This document shows positions 1-8,716 of a stretch of 12,590 nt of DNA, one piece after another; the stretch's first letter is position 1; each line of letters starts with the position of its first letter. The notes under the pieces are model-generated. The model did not search any database. It saw nothing but the letters and a program-made list of their open reading frames with translations, and was not told the DNA's origin. Made by a program: the position numbers and the translations under genes. Source of the DNA: an uncultured bacterium (lineage in GTDB: Bacteria; SAR324; NAC60-12); assembly GCA_965662235.1 (NCBI GenBank), contig CBFIGY010000051.1, forward strand, positions 1-12,590, in the 5' to 3' direction.

Positions 1-86
1 TTTTAGGCTGCTGAAATCGGTGTGGAATTAGCGAAGCAAGGAATGACAAGCCCGTGTGTCGCAGGATGGAAAGTCGCCCTGCAGGG

Positions 87-110
87 AGGTGGTCCGCAGG
101 TGACCCACCT
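87..110 (-). terminator. Possible 3' stem-loop after the last gene of the cluster
   Basis: Minus strand AGGTGG(G)TC-acctgcg-GACCACCT hairpin 16 nt after the TAA; no clear U-tract, so not a canonical intrinsic terminator. Confidence 0.25.
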
Positions 111-126
111 TCAGGAGGGGAGGAAT

Positions 127-1311
127 TTACTGGGTGATCGGCGCCCGGGCCAGGACCTCGATCTGGAGCGGAGAGAGGGTATGCTGCTTTAGCCCACTAT
201 TCCGGGAGGACGCGCTGAAGGGCGTCCAGAACATCAAATTGGTTCCATCAAGCCCAGCACATTCCTCAGCACTCATCTGTTGGTTCTGGTCGAGGTCCTG
301 TGAATCCGGACATTCAGGCGTGTCAGACAGAGGGTCAAACAGCGCCCCACCACTTTCGCTGGTGTGGAAGAGCCCCAGAAGGTGCCCGCTCTCATGAGCC
401 ACCGTTTCTGCCAGCAAACTGTCGTCTAAGTGCTGGTTGACCTCGTGTCCACTCAGGCTGATGAGCACCCCATTGAAAGCGCTCTGAACGCCGATCGACC
501 CCGGAATGCCTGCAGCCTTCCCCAGCAGACCTGACAGGCCGTAGCCGTCCAAGTCATCCACAAAGAACAGGTTCACCGCATCGGCTCCGCCTTGACGGAC
601 CATCTCAGACGTCTTGGCGGTGTCAAAATCCCCAACGCTCGTGTAGAGAGGATCCAGCACCACGGTAGGTTCCAGAATCACCTGCACGCCAGCGGCTTGA
701 AAGATCCCCTGGGCGACCTGGAGGCTGGTCGCTAGGTCGGTGGCCTGAAACTGAGACGAAGCCAGGAATGGCGCCAACCGCAAGGTTGGAGAGGCGGATT
801 TCGGAGTCGTCCGCAGCACCGCTTTCAGGGTGGTGACGTTGACGGTAGAAACCTCCCAAGCGCCGGCATCCCACGTAAACTCCGGATGCACCTGCGTCCC
901 CAGGCTTGAAAAATCCCCTAAGTTACTGTCGGACCAAATGAATTCCTGCAGCGCAGCAGTCGCTTCCGGCTGGCTCTGAGGAAAGAAGTTTTCCAGGGCC
1001 ACTAGGCTTGACTCTCCAAACCCATAGAGCGAAAGCGAGGTCATGGATTCCGGCACGTTCAGGCAGGCGGTGCCCTTCCAACTGCGGGTGGGATCCGTCT
1101 GCTGCAGGGGGAGAAGCGTCACCCCTTCAGAAAGGGTCACACAGGCATCGGAGTTCCCTGTAGAGGTATTGTCGCTCTCAGGCGTTTCCGAGCCTTCGTT
1201 CTCGGTTGTCTCTTCTGTTGAGGAACCCGGGGCGCTCACTAGGTTGATTTCGCGGTCACTGCACCCAGCCAGGAGCCCCAGCAGCAGGAGCCCCACCATC
1301 AGGATCCGCAT
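127..1311 (-). CDS. Lipoprotein zinc metalloprotease, metzincin clan (M43 pappalysin/ulilysin-like)
   Basis: 394-aa ORF; signal peptide with lipobox LAG-C; Ser/Thr/Glu-rich tether; zinc motif HESGHLLGLFH (364..396) followed by DPLSDTPEC and a Met-turn-like NLMFW; SD-like GGAGAGGG upstream of ATG; 13-nt overlap with the upstream protease gene. Family assignment is less certain than the clan. Confidence 0.88.
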   Translation of the reverse strand: MRILMVGLLLLGLLAGCSDREINLVSAPGSSTEETTENEGSETPESDNTSTGNSDACVTLSEGVTLLPLQQTDPTRSWKGTACLNVPESMTSLSLYGFGESSLVALENFFPQSQPEATAALQEFIWSDSNLGDFSSLGTQVHPEFTWDAGAWEVSTVNVTTLKAVLRTTPKSASPTLRLAPFLASSQFQATDLATSLQVAQGIFQAAGVQVILEPTVVLDPLYTSVGDFDTAKTSEMVRQGGADAVNLFFVDDLDGYGLSGLLGKAAGIPGSIGVQSAFNGVLISLSGHEVNQHLDDSLLAETVAHESGHLLGLFHTSESGGALFDPLSDTPECPDSQDLDQNQQMSAEECAGLDGTNLMFWTPFSASSRNSGLKQHTLSPLQIEVLARAPITQ

Positions 1312-4300
1312 GTTCCCTCTCCGATCAGACGCAGGCGCCAGTGCTCCAGGGTTCCGGTGTCTTCGGGCAGGCCGTCCACCAGCTTCAGGGTCCAGGTCCC
1401 GCTTCCTGATTCTCCATAAAAAGCGTTGCTCAAGAGGGTCATCCCATTGAGGTTTTTGTCTAAAAAGCCATTGGCCACATTGAGGAGCACGCTGCGGGTG
1501 CCGCTGGGGCTCTCCAGCTCCACGCCAAGGTCTCCGATGTGGGTGTGCGACGCCGTTACTTCAACCTGCACCCCCTCCACAAAGTGCAGGGCGTCTGGAA
1601 CCGTCAGGGCGTCAGCAGCTCCCACAACCGAGTGGTCCGGAATGGGGAGCCCCACGGTTCCACTTGAGCGCCAGGGGCACACCTGCATGGGCGTAAACGT
1701 CCGCAGCGTGGACGAGAGTGACGCCTCAATCGCCGCATCGGCATCCACGGCTCCAAAGCCGTACCAGTTGTGGAAGGAGAATCCTGCCGCATTGACCTGC
1801 CATCCGGGCTCTGCGAGGTACGTTCCTCCTGCGAGCGACAAGGAGACCCCCGTGTTGGTGGGGTCCACCTGCTGAGCCGTTTGCGCCAGCACATGCTTGA
1901 CCTGCCGAGCCGTCAGGTCCGGATTTGCCTCAAGCATCAAGGCCACCACCCCACTGACAACCGCGGTGGCCGCCGAACTGCCGTTGAAGGTCGAGGTGTA
2001 GTTGCAGCGGCGATTCAGGGCGTGTGTTCCCGCATCAAAGGCGTTGGGAGGATCCACCGCACTGGATTGAGTGCTGAACCCGGCCGAACAGCCTTCCTGA
2101 TCGGTGGTGACCAGTGCTGGACCACAGAAGCCAGGCTTCTCGTTGCAGTCCCAGAGGGGCTCATTCGCTTCCAACAGGGTTCCGTCGTGGCCGTAACCTC
2201 CGCCAGGGGCAGAAATCCACAGGTTCGATCCACTTGCCGAATACCCGGCATGCCGCCCGTTGGCGTCCACGGCGCCCACCTGCAGCACATACGGAGTCAC
2301 CGCGTAAGGAGACATGTTGGTGTTCTGACACGCCAAACCGGCGGAACGCGCCGGACCACAGTTCAGGACCACAGACTCAAAGAATCCGTTTCCTCCCGCC
2401 TGCAGGTAGATGGCGCCCTTGCCCCCACGCAGCTGCATGAAGCCGTCTCGCAGGGCCTGGATGCGTAAATTGTCATCAGTATACTGCTGATCCTGGGACA
2501 GTTGCAGGCCAAAACTCATGTTGAAAATGTCCACAATCGCTGAGTTCGGTTCCTTCGTCGATCCTCCAACCGACTTGATGAAGCTGCTTTCCCCCTGCGC
2601 CTTGAGGTAATTGTACCCCACCAGCTGAGCCCCGGGCGCCACGCCTCGCCCGCCGATTCCGTTGCCGTTCACCGCAGCAATCACGCCAGCAACGGCGGTC
2701 CCATGATAGCCATCGGAGGCGCTCGGATCCGTATCGCCCTCCCGGAAGTCCCAAGAACCGCCAGGCACCAGATTGTCCTTGAGGTCCTCATGCTGCAGGT
2801 CCAGTCCATTGTCCACCACGGCCACCATCACTCCGCGACCGTCGTAACACGAGGCCTGTCCCTGCAGGTGGATGTCGGCTCCGGGGGTGCCGTACTCGCT
2901 GGAAAACGCCTTCTGGCCCGTGTTCTTCAGGTACCACTGGTGGACAAACAGGGGATCCGACGAATCCGGAATCCGTGGAAGGGCTTCCACTTCTGCGGAC
3001 AGGTCGCTCTCATCATCTGGACCGGTGGCCTGCACCCGAAAGAAGCGCGCCTGACAGTTCACCAGCTCCGTCTGCGTAAAGCCGGTCCCCTGGGTGGAAG
3101 CCTGCTTGTCGTCAAGGGTGACCCCGCTGGTTGATGACCAGTAAACCCGGTAACGGGTGGCTCCGGAGACCGGGCTCCAGCTCAGCGTCACGGCACGGTT
3201 GCCCGCAGTCACCGAGACGTCTTCCGGAGGAGGGAGCCGAGGCGTGGCCTCCACTTCAGCCGAGGAAGCACTCTTGTCACTCCCGGCCAACGCCTGAAGA
3301 CGGTACACCACAGCCTCCCCGTTGGTCAGGCCCGTGTCCACAAACGACGTTGTCTCCGGAGATGCAACTGTTTCCCAGACCAGGTTCCCGCTCCGACGCT
3401 CCACGCGATAGGCCTCTGCTCCAGAGACCGGACTCCAGCTCAGCGTCACGGCGCGGTTACCCGCGTCGGCTTTCAGGCCCTCCGGCGTCGCCAGAGGAAC
3501 CGACGACACTTCCTGAGAAAACGCACTGCCCCCAGAGGCGTTCCAACTCCGGACCCGGTAAAAACGTGCTTCTCCGTTGGTCAGCCCCGTTTCGCTCCAC
3601 GACGTGCCTGACGAAACGGTCACCGGCGTTTCCTCCACCTCTCCCCCTGGAGCCGAGGCGCCAGAGACCGTGTAGGAGGATGCTCCAGGAACCGCCTCCC
3701 AGGAAAGGGTCACCTGTCCGGATGCCGACTGAGCCTGAACCACGGGCGCCCGTGGAAGGGCTGCGGAGGGCTGCACCGTGACCGTTTCTGAGAAGGGTCC
3801 CGGGAGACCGGCGCGTAAGGCTCGGACGGCGTAGGACACCGAGGCCCCGTTTGCGACCGGTTCCTCCAACCAGCTGAGCCCCTCGGTCACCGCGATGGCT
3901 TCTCCTGAAAAATCAGGTGGATGGACGAAGGAACGGTGCACTTCATACTGTTCAGCGCTCTTGACGGCCTTCCAGGTCAGGCTCACCTGTGCATTGCCGG
4001 CAGTGCCCTGCAGCCTCTCCGGTGCCCCCAGAGGCGTCGCCTGGACCGTGTCTGGCGAGCTACTGCCCGTCGAGTTCAGGGCAAAGATCTGGTAAAAGTA
4101 CGTCACCCCGGCCTCGACCTCATCGTGCACAAAGTAAGGCACCTCCACCACCTTGCTCTGCACGGACGCGTCCTCAGAGGTCGTCCACTGCAGCTGATAG
4201 TGTTCGGCGCCAACGGCCTCCTGCCACTGCAGCTCCACCTGCTGCGTACTGATCTGCACCTCCTGCACCTTGGGAGACTGCAAGGGAATGGCAGGAATGC

Positions 4301-5537
4301 CGAGGGAAGGATCGCTCTGGCCCGTGGGATGCGCGGCCCGCACCCGGAAGGAGTAGGTTCGGCCGTTTTCCAGCCCCTCGAGCACCTCATCCTCCCCGGT
4401 CACCGTTTCCGGGAGCGGCTCATAATCTCCAGAGCCATTGTCGGCTTCCACAACGTATGCGTGCGCCTCCGGAACCGGATTCCACTGCAGCCAGACCTGT
4501 CCGTCTCCAACCGCGACAGACAGGTTATCGGGCGTCTGCAGCGGAGTCCCTGGAACTTCGGGCGACCAGGGACTCTGATCCTCGCCATGAATTGCAGCTA
4601 CCCGGAAGGAGTACGTCCGACCGTTGGGCAGGCTGCCGTCCCAGTGAGCGGCCTCCGTGTCCACATCGACCCACTGAGCGCCCTGGCTGCCGTTGTCGTG
4701 TGCGAGGCGGTAGCCTTCAGCCCCGGTCACAGGGTTCCAGCTCACACGCACGCGCCCGTCTCCAATTTCCAGAGGCTGCAGCACCGGGGACGTCAGGGGC
4801 CGCACCGAGAGCAATGGCGCCGCATCACTTTGGTGCCGGTCGTAGCAGGCACGGACGGTGTAGGTGTAATCCAGACCCGCCTCGACGCCTTCGTGCACAT
4901 ACTCCGTCTCGCTCAGGTTTCGGAGCACCTCTTCCGCTCCTTCGGCATTGGACCACGAAAGCTCATACGACCTAGCTCCGGCCACCGCGTCCCAACTCAG
5001 GTGCAGGGCTCCGGCTTCAAAGGTGGCCTGCAGGTGAGCGGGCGCCTCAAGCGGCACCGCCTGAACCGGCGACGAGATGGGGCTCGACTGGTCACCGGAA
5101 ACAGCGGCCACCCGGTAGTAGTAGATCAACCCGTTTTCAGAGGGAAGGTGCGTGTAGGTCGGTTCCTTCAGGTCGTAAACGACCTTGCTGGCCCGAGCAG
5201 AGGCCGTGAGGGACCAGTAGATGGTGTAGGAATCTGCAGCTTCAACGGGGTCCCATTCCAGAACCACCTTTCCAGAAGAAGCCGTCGCCGTCAGGTGCGA
5301 GGGAGGAGTCAGTTCCAGCACCTCACTGGAGGCCGACTCGTTGTCAGCAGAAGAGGAGGTCGAATCGGAAGGCGGCGCCTCGCAAGAAGCCAGCCCCAGC
5401 AACAGAAGCACCAGGGCCAGCCCCCGCAACAGGAGCGAAAAATTGAAGAGAGCGCCGATGACGCATGAGAAACGCGTGAGAAGGGGGCTCCGCTTGGTCC
5501 CCCAGAAAGGCGACAGAAATTCGGACCCTGGGTCCAC
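1299..5537 (-). CDS. Lipoprotein: 9 x fibronectin type III domains + kexin-like S8 serine peptidase + proprotein convertase P-domain
   Basis: 1412-aa ORF; GTG start with AGGAGG upstream; lipobox LAS-C; catalytic Asp in VAVVDNG (codon 2811..2813), His in HGTAVAG (2703..2705), oxyanion Asn in AGGNG, Ser in FNGSSAA (1974..1976); family motifs DPLFVHQWYL, NPDLTARQVKHVL, HNWYGFGAVDA; P-domain motifs HTHIGDLGVELESPSGT and FYGESGSGTWTLKLVD. Confidence 0.93.
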   Translation of the reverse strand: MDPGSEFLSPFWGTKRSPLLTRFSCVIGALFNFSLLLRGLALVLLLLGLASCEAPPSDSTSSSADNESASSEVLELTPPSHLTATASSGKVVLEWDPVEAADSYTIYWSLTASARASKVVYDLKEPTYTHLPSENGLIYYYRVAAVSGDQSSPISSPVQAVPLEAPAHLQATFEAGALHLSWDAVAGARSYELSWSNAEGAEEVLRNLSETEYVHEGVEAGLDYTYTVRACYDRHQSDAAPLLSVRPLTSPVLQPLEIGDGRVRVSWNPVTGAEGYRLAHDNGSQGAQWVDVDTEAAHWDGSLPNGRTYSFRVAAIHGEDQSPWSPEVPGTPLQTPDNLSVAVGDGQVWLQWNPVPEAHAYVVEADNGSGDYEPLPETVTGEDEVLEGLENGRTYSFRVRAAHPTGQSDPSLGIPAIPLQSPKVQEVQISTQQVELQWQEAVGAEHYQLQWTTSEDASVQSKVVEVPYFVHDEVEAGVTYFYQIFALNSTGSSSPDTVQATPLGAPERLQGTAGNAQVSLTWKAVKSAEQYEVHRSFVHPPDFSGEAIAVTEGLSWLEEPVANGASVSYAVRALRAGLPGPFSETVTVQPSAALPRAPVVQAQSASGQVTLSWEAVPGASSYTVSGASAPGGEVEETPVTVSSGTSWSETGLTNGEARFYRVRSWNASGGSAFSQEVSSVPLATPEGLKADAGNRAVTLSWSPVSGAEAYRVERRSGNLVWETVASPETTSFVDTGLTNGEAVVYRLQALAGSDKSASSAEVEATPRLPPPEDVSVTAGNRAVTLSWSPVSGATRYRVYWSSTSGVTLDDKQASTQGTGFTQTELVNCQARFFRVQATGPDDESDLSAEVEALPRIPDSSDPLFVHQWYLKNTGQKAFSSEYGTPGADIHLQGQASCYDGRGVMVAVVDNGLDLQHEDLKDNLVPGGSWDFREGDTDPSASDGYHGTAVAGVIAAVNGNGIGGRGVAPGAQLVGYNYLKAQGESSFIKSVGGSTKEPNSAIVDIFNMSFGLQLSQDQQYTDDNLRIQALRDGFMQLRGGKGAIYLQAGGNGFFESVVLNCGPARSAGLACQNTNMSPYAVTPYVLQVGAVDANGRHAGYSASGSNLWISAPGGGYGHDGTLLEANEPLWDCNEKPGFCGPALVTTDQEGCSAGFSTQSSAVDPPNAFDAGTHALNRRCNYTSTFNGSSAATAVVSGVVALMLEANPDLTARQVKHVLAQTAQQVDPTNTGVSLSLAGGTYLAEPGWQVNAAGFSFHNWYGFGAVDADAAIEASLSSTLRTFTPMQVCPWRSSGTVGLPIPDHSVVGAADALTVPDALHFVEGVQVEVTASHTHIGDLGVELESPSGTRSVLLNVANGFLDKNLNGMTLLSNAFYGESGSGTWTLKLVDGLPEDTGTLEHWRLRLIGEGTCGS
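1315..1322 (-). promoter_or_regulatory. Shine-Dalgarno site for the metalloprotease gene
   Basis: Minus strand GGAGAGGG-AAC-ATG within the last codons of the protease gene. Confidence 0.6.
2976..5306 (-). repeat. Array of nine tandem FN3 domains (about 85 aa each) within the S8 protease gene
   Basis: Nine units with pattern P..L....G...V.L.W..V.GA..Y.....L.NG..Y.Y/F.V.A......S..S..V...P; units 8 and 9 share AGNRAVTLSWSPVSGA and 43/47 nt (3418..3464 vs 3160..3206). Confidence 0.9.
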
Positions 5538-5541
5538 TGCG

Positions 5542-5547
5542 CCTCCT
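5542..5547 (-). promoter_or_regulatory. Shine-Dalgarno site for the S8 protease gene
   Basis: Minus strand TAG-GC-AGGAGG-CGCA-GTG in the 12-nt intergenic gap. Confidence 0.7.
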
Positions 5548-5549
5548 GC

Positions 5550-8500
5550 CTACTGAATCCGGAACACGTAGGCGGCGCCCGCGTCAGGCGCTTCATCGTT
5601 ACGGGTTCCCTGTGTACTGATGGACGCTTGGTCACCGTCTTCAAAGGGAGCCCCCACGATGACCGTCACGTTGTCCACGGCCACTGAAGAGCCAAACTTG
5701 TCTCCAGTATTCGTATTGTCCGCCTTGAGGTAGGCATACTGACGGATGTGTGTGCCGTTATCCTTGAAAACGTAGGCGGCGCCGGCGCCCGGGGAAGAGA
5801 TCGCATTGCTGCCGTAGGCGGTCACATAGGTCTGATTGGACGCCTCTTCCGGAGCGCCTACGACGATGTGCTCGCCCTGAATGTCCACCGAGCTGCCAAA
5901 CGCGTATCCAGATCCAGGATTGTCCGGCTTCAGGTAAGCATAAGGCCCGAGCCCACTTCCGTTGTCCTTGAAAACGTACACGGCGCCGGAATCCGCGACC
6001 CCGTTGTTGGTGCTGCCGAGCGTGCTGCGGTTCTTACTCGACAGGGTCGCCAGGGTGGTGATGGAGGTTTCATTCGAGTCCTCCTTCGGAGCTCCCACCA
6101 CGATGGTGCCGTTGTCAATGGCGACAGAGAAGCCAAACGCGTCTCCCGCCTCCGCGTTGTCCGCCTTGAGGTAATAGAGAAGGCTGCCGTTATTAGCAAA
6201 AACGTACACGGCGCCGGAGCCTTCGCTGCTGTCATCCGCATCAGCCGCCTGCTGAACACCGGTCGTACTGGAGTCCTCCTTGGGCACCCCAACTACAATC
6301 CAGTTTCCGTCCGTCGCAACCGCGTGGCCAAATTCATCCCGATCAGACGCGTTTGAGGCGGACACCGAGACTGAGGTGGTAAAATTGGCACCTGAAAACA
6401 CCAGAGCCTTGCCCGTTTTATTATCCTCAACTGTCAAGGCTCCGGACACGAGGAGCGAGCCTGAAAACGCTGTGGCGTACCCCAGGTAATCACCCGTTGC
6501 TCCGGAACCATCCGTCACCGACGTAGAGCTGGTGAAGCTGGATCCTCCATCGCTGAACACATGGACGGCTCCGTTGTTGGTCGCCGAAGGGTCATCATAG
6601 GGGGCTCCCACGGCCAGGGTCTGCCCGTCCAGTGACGTGGACCAGCCAAAAAAGTCTCCGGCATTGCCTCCCCGCAGGACCGTCGAATCCTGCGAGAAAT
6701 CCGTTCCATTGTCCCGAAACACGTACACGGCTCCGGCATTACTACTCGCCCCATCATCAGCAAAAGGAGCCGAGGCAACTAGGGTTTCTCCGGACACATC
6801 AACGGCGTACCCGAGCTGGTCCAAGGTCGCTGTGCCGTTGGACTTGAGGTAGGCGACCTGCATGGCCGGAGGGCGCATGAAGCCCACTTGCTGGGAGTAA
6901 TCGGCTTCCATGAGGTTTCCGGCATAATCCGTCACCGTCTGTGTGACCTTGACCCGATAGGACGTCCCCGTGACCAGCGGATCCGCAAACTGAACCGTAA
7001 AGGTTTGGTTGTCCGGAGTCGAGGCCTCTGCAGCGGTCATTGGCATGCAGGTGCTGAATCCGTCTCCAGAGACCTGCAGGTTCCCGGAACAGGCCGTGGT
7101 CGTGTTGGTCGTGAGCAACACCGGATCCATGCGTTCGCTGAAGGTGACACTCACCGAGTTCGTCGAAAGTCCCACCCGGGCATAGTCCTTGGGGGTCACC
7201 TGAAGCACCGCAGGAGGTGTGGTTTCCACCACCACAGCACTTGGGAAACTCGCGTTGTCCGATTCATTTCCAGCAAGGTCCGTTTGCCGCACCAAAATCT
7301 GATTCACTTGGTAATTCGCCACTGGCAGCGTGAACTGTGTGCCCGTGCCGGCCGACCAGTTGCGTCCACCATCCGCGGAATAGCGCCAGGTGGTCGCATT
7401 GTCGGTTAAAACCACGGTCACCTGCCCGCTCCGGGAGCGCTGATCGTCGGCGTCAGCCCCAAGGTCTTCCAGCTGCAGAACCGGCAGAGAGGTCGACTGA
7501 TCCACGCTGATGAAGGCCAGCAGGCGTGGCGCCGAGACGTTTCCCGCCACATCAGTCTCACGTAACTGAACTTCACCGGCCGCATACGTTCCAACGGGAA
7601 TCACAAAGGACGTTCCGGAACCGGCGGTCCAAGTGGTGCCATTATCCAGTGAGTAGGACCAGGTGGATCCGGTTTCCTGTAGCGTCACTTCCAACTGACC
7701 GTTCTGGGTCACCTGATCGTTTGCGGAACTCCCTGTGTCCACTGAGAGCACACCAGCAGGAGGCGTGGCGCCCTGATCCACCACGAGGGTGCCCAGCTGA
7801 ACAGCTTCTGAGGGATACCCCAAGTCATCCAGCTGCCGGGCCTGAATCTGTCCAGCAGCGTAACGTCCCTCCGGAACCTGGAACGCCAAGGTGCTGGAAC
7901 CGTTGAGCCAAGAAGTGCCCTGGTCATAGGAGTACTCCCAGCGGGCGGTTGGGTTGAGGTTGGCGATGGTCACCTGACCTGCAAACGTAATGTTGTCCGA
8001 GGCTGAGACGCCGGTGTCGTTGTCCAACGAGAGGTAAGGCGGAGGAAGAGGCGTGAGGATCAACGTGTCCGGGAGGCTTCCCACTTCTGAGCGGTTGCCG
8101 GCAAGATCAACCTGACGGGCCTGGATCATTCCGGAAGTGTAATTGTCCGGGGTCGCCTCAAAGCGGGTGCCTGTGCCTCGGGTCCAGTTGATGCCTTGAT
8201 CCAGGGAGTATTCCCAGTAAGCGCCCAGCTGTCGTTCAAAGGGCTGCACCAGTCCAGCCACCAGGATTCCGCCACTGTTGGTCACATAGTCTGAAGACGA
8301 CGGGCCGTTGTCTTCCTCAAGGCTCAATTCTGGCGCCGAAACGGAAGCGTCGTACTCCCAGGCTTCCACCTGGGTCACGGGAGAGACGTTCCCCTGGGCG
8401 TCCTTTTGATACACCAGCACCTCGCCGTAGCTGTAGGCCCCTTCCGGAACCGTAAAGCGGTTGCCGGAACCGGCGGTCCAGCTGCTTCCACGGTCTAGGG

Positions 8501-8702
8501 AGTAGAACCACGTGCTCTTCAGCCCCACCCCACTCACTTCCAGGGTGCCCACGCGGGTCACCCGGTCGGTGGCTGAGGCCCCCGTGTCTTCCAGAAGCGA
8601 CACGACCACCGCATCAGGAGGCTGGTTGTCCTTCAGTTCACATCCTCCTAACGCCAAGAGCGTCAAAAGGATCAGCCAGTAAGGGAGCAGGTACGGTTTC
8701 AT
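5550..8702 (-). CDS. Surface lipoprotein/adhesin: 5 Ig-like repeats + Big_5 (SbsA-type) Ig-like domain + 7-bladed FG-GAP (integrin alpha-like) beta-propeller
   Basis: 1050-aa ORF; lipobox LGG-C; five repeats DTG.S..D..T..G....W.YS.D.G..W..G.G..F.......Q.D.AGN.S; TTPPAVLQVTP..VSVTFSERMDP..VTDYAGN domain; seven (F/L)G..V......V.GAP..GAVYVF units. Confidence 0.92.
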   Translation of the reverse strand: MKPYLLPYWLILLTLLALGGCELKDNQPPDAVVVSLLEDTGASATDRVTRVGTLEVSGVGLKSTWFYSLDRGSSWTAGSGNRFTVPEGAYSYGEVLVYQKDAQGNVSPVTQVEAWEYDASVSAPELSLEEDNGPSSSDYVTNSGGILVAGLVQPFERQLGAYWEYSLDQGINWTRGTGTRFEATPDNYTSGMIQARQVDLAGNRSEVGSLPDTLILTPLPPPYLSLDNDTGVSASDNITFAGQVTIANLNPTARWEYSYDQGTSWLNGSSTLAFQVPEGRYAAGQIQARQLDDLGYPSEAVQLGTLVVDQGATPPAGVLSVDTGSSANDQVTQNGQLEVTLQETGSTWSYSLDNGTTWTAGSGTSFVIPVGTYAAGEVQLRETDVAGNVSAPRLLAFISVDQSTSLPVLQLEDLGADADDQRSRSGQVTVVLTDNATTWRYSADGGRNWSAGTGTQFTLPVANYQVNQILVRQTDLAGNESDNASFPSAVVVETTPPAVLQVTPKDYARVGLSTNSVSVTFSERMDPVLLTTNTTTACSGNLQVSGDGFSTCMPMTAAEASTPDNQTFTVQFADPLVTGTSYRVKVTQTVTDYAGNLMEADYSQQVGFMRPPAMQVAYLKSNGTATLDQLGYAVDVSGETLVASAPFADDGASSNAGAVYVFRDNGTDFSQDSTVLRGGNAGDFFGWSTSLDGQTLAVGAPYDDPSATNNGAVHVFSDGGSSFTSSTSVTDGSGATGDYLGYATAFSGSLLVSGALTVEDNKTGKALVFSGANFTTSVSVSASNASDRDEFGHAVATDGNWIVVGVPKEDSSTTGVQQAADADDSSEGSGAVYVFANNGSLLYYLKADNAEAGDAFGFSVAIDNGTIVVGAPKEDSNETSITTLATLSSKNRSTLGSTNNGVADSGAVYVFKDNGSGLGPYAYLKPDNPGSGYAFGSSVDIQGEHIVVGAPEEASNQTYVTAYGSNAISSPGAGAAYVFKDNGTHIRQYAYLKADNTNTGDKFGSSVAVDNVTVIVGAPFEDGDQASISTQGTRNDEAPDAGAAYVFRIQ
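5553..6855 (-). repeat. Seven FG-GAP repeats (complete beta-propeller)
   Basis: LGYAVDVSGETLVASAP, FGWSTSLDGQTLAVGAP, LGYATAFSGSLLVSGA, FGHAVATDGNWIVVGVP, FGFSVAIDNGTIVVGAP, FGSSVDIQGEHIVVGAP, FGSSVAVDNVTVIVGAP; most followed by a GA(V/A)YVF strand. Confidence 0.9.
7260..8600 (-). repeat. Five tandem Ig-like repeats (about 90 aa) of the type seen in large bacterial adhesins
   Basis: Recurrent WxYSxDxGxxWxxG and DxAGNxS motifs; repeats 1 and 4 share an exact 17-mer ccggaaccggcggtcca (8464..8480 and 7615..7631). Confidence 0.85.
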
Positions 8703-8716
8703 AGGAGCATCCAGGC

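Noticed and set aside
1..126. ncRNA or promoter in the non-coding left end
   Set aside because: Only one modest hairpin; no recognisable RNA family or promoter consensus, and context is truncated.
3921..5468. 515-aa plus-strand ORF and the many other plus-strand or nested ORFs
   Set aside because: Antisense or off-frame shadows of GC-rich genes with clear domain content on the minus strand; no recognisable motifs.
5523..5535. Palindrome GGACC-CTG-GGTCC at the protease start codon
   Set aside because: Only a 5-bp stem in GC-rich DNA; expected by chance.
5757..6220. Recurring nucleotide motif aaaacgta..cggcgccgg as a CRISPR-like or REP repeat
   Set aside because: Encodes the GAVYVF strand of FG-GAP blades; spacing over 200 nt and in frame.
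2976..6855. Integrin-fibronectin style RGD interaction between FG-GAP propeller and FN3 array
   Set aside because: No RGD motif found in the FN3 domains; both domain types are widespread in bacteria.
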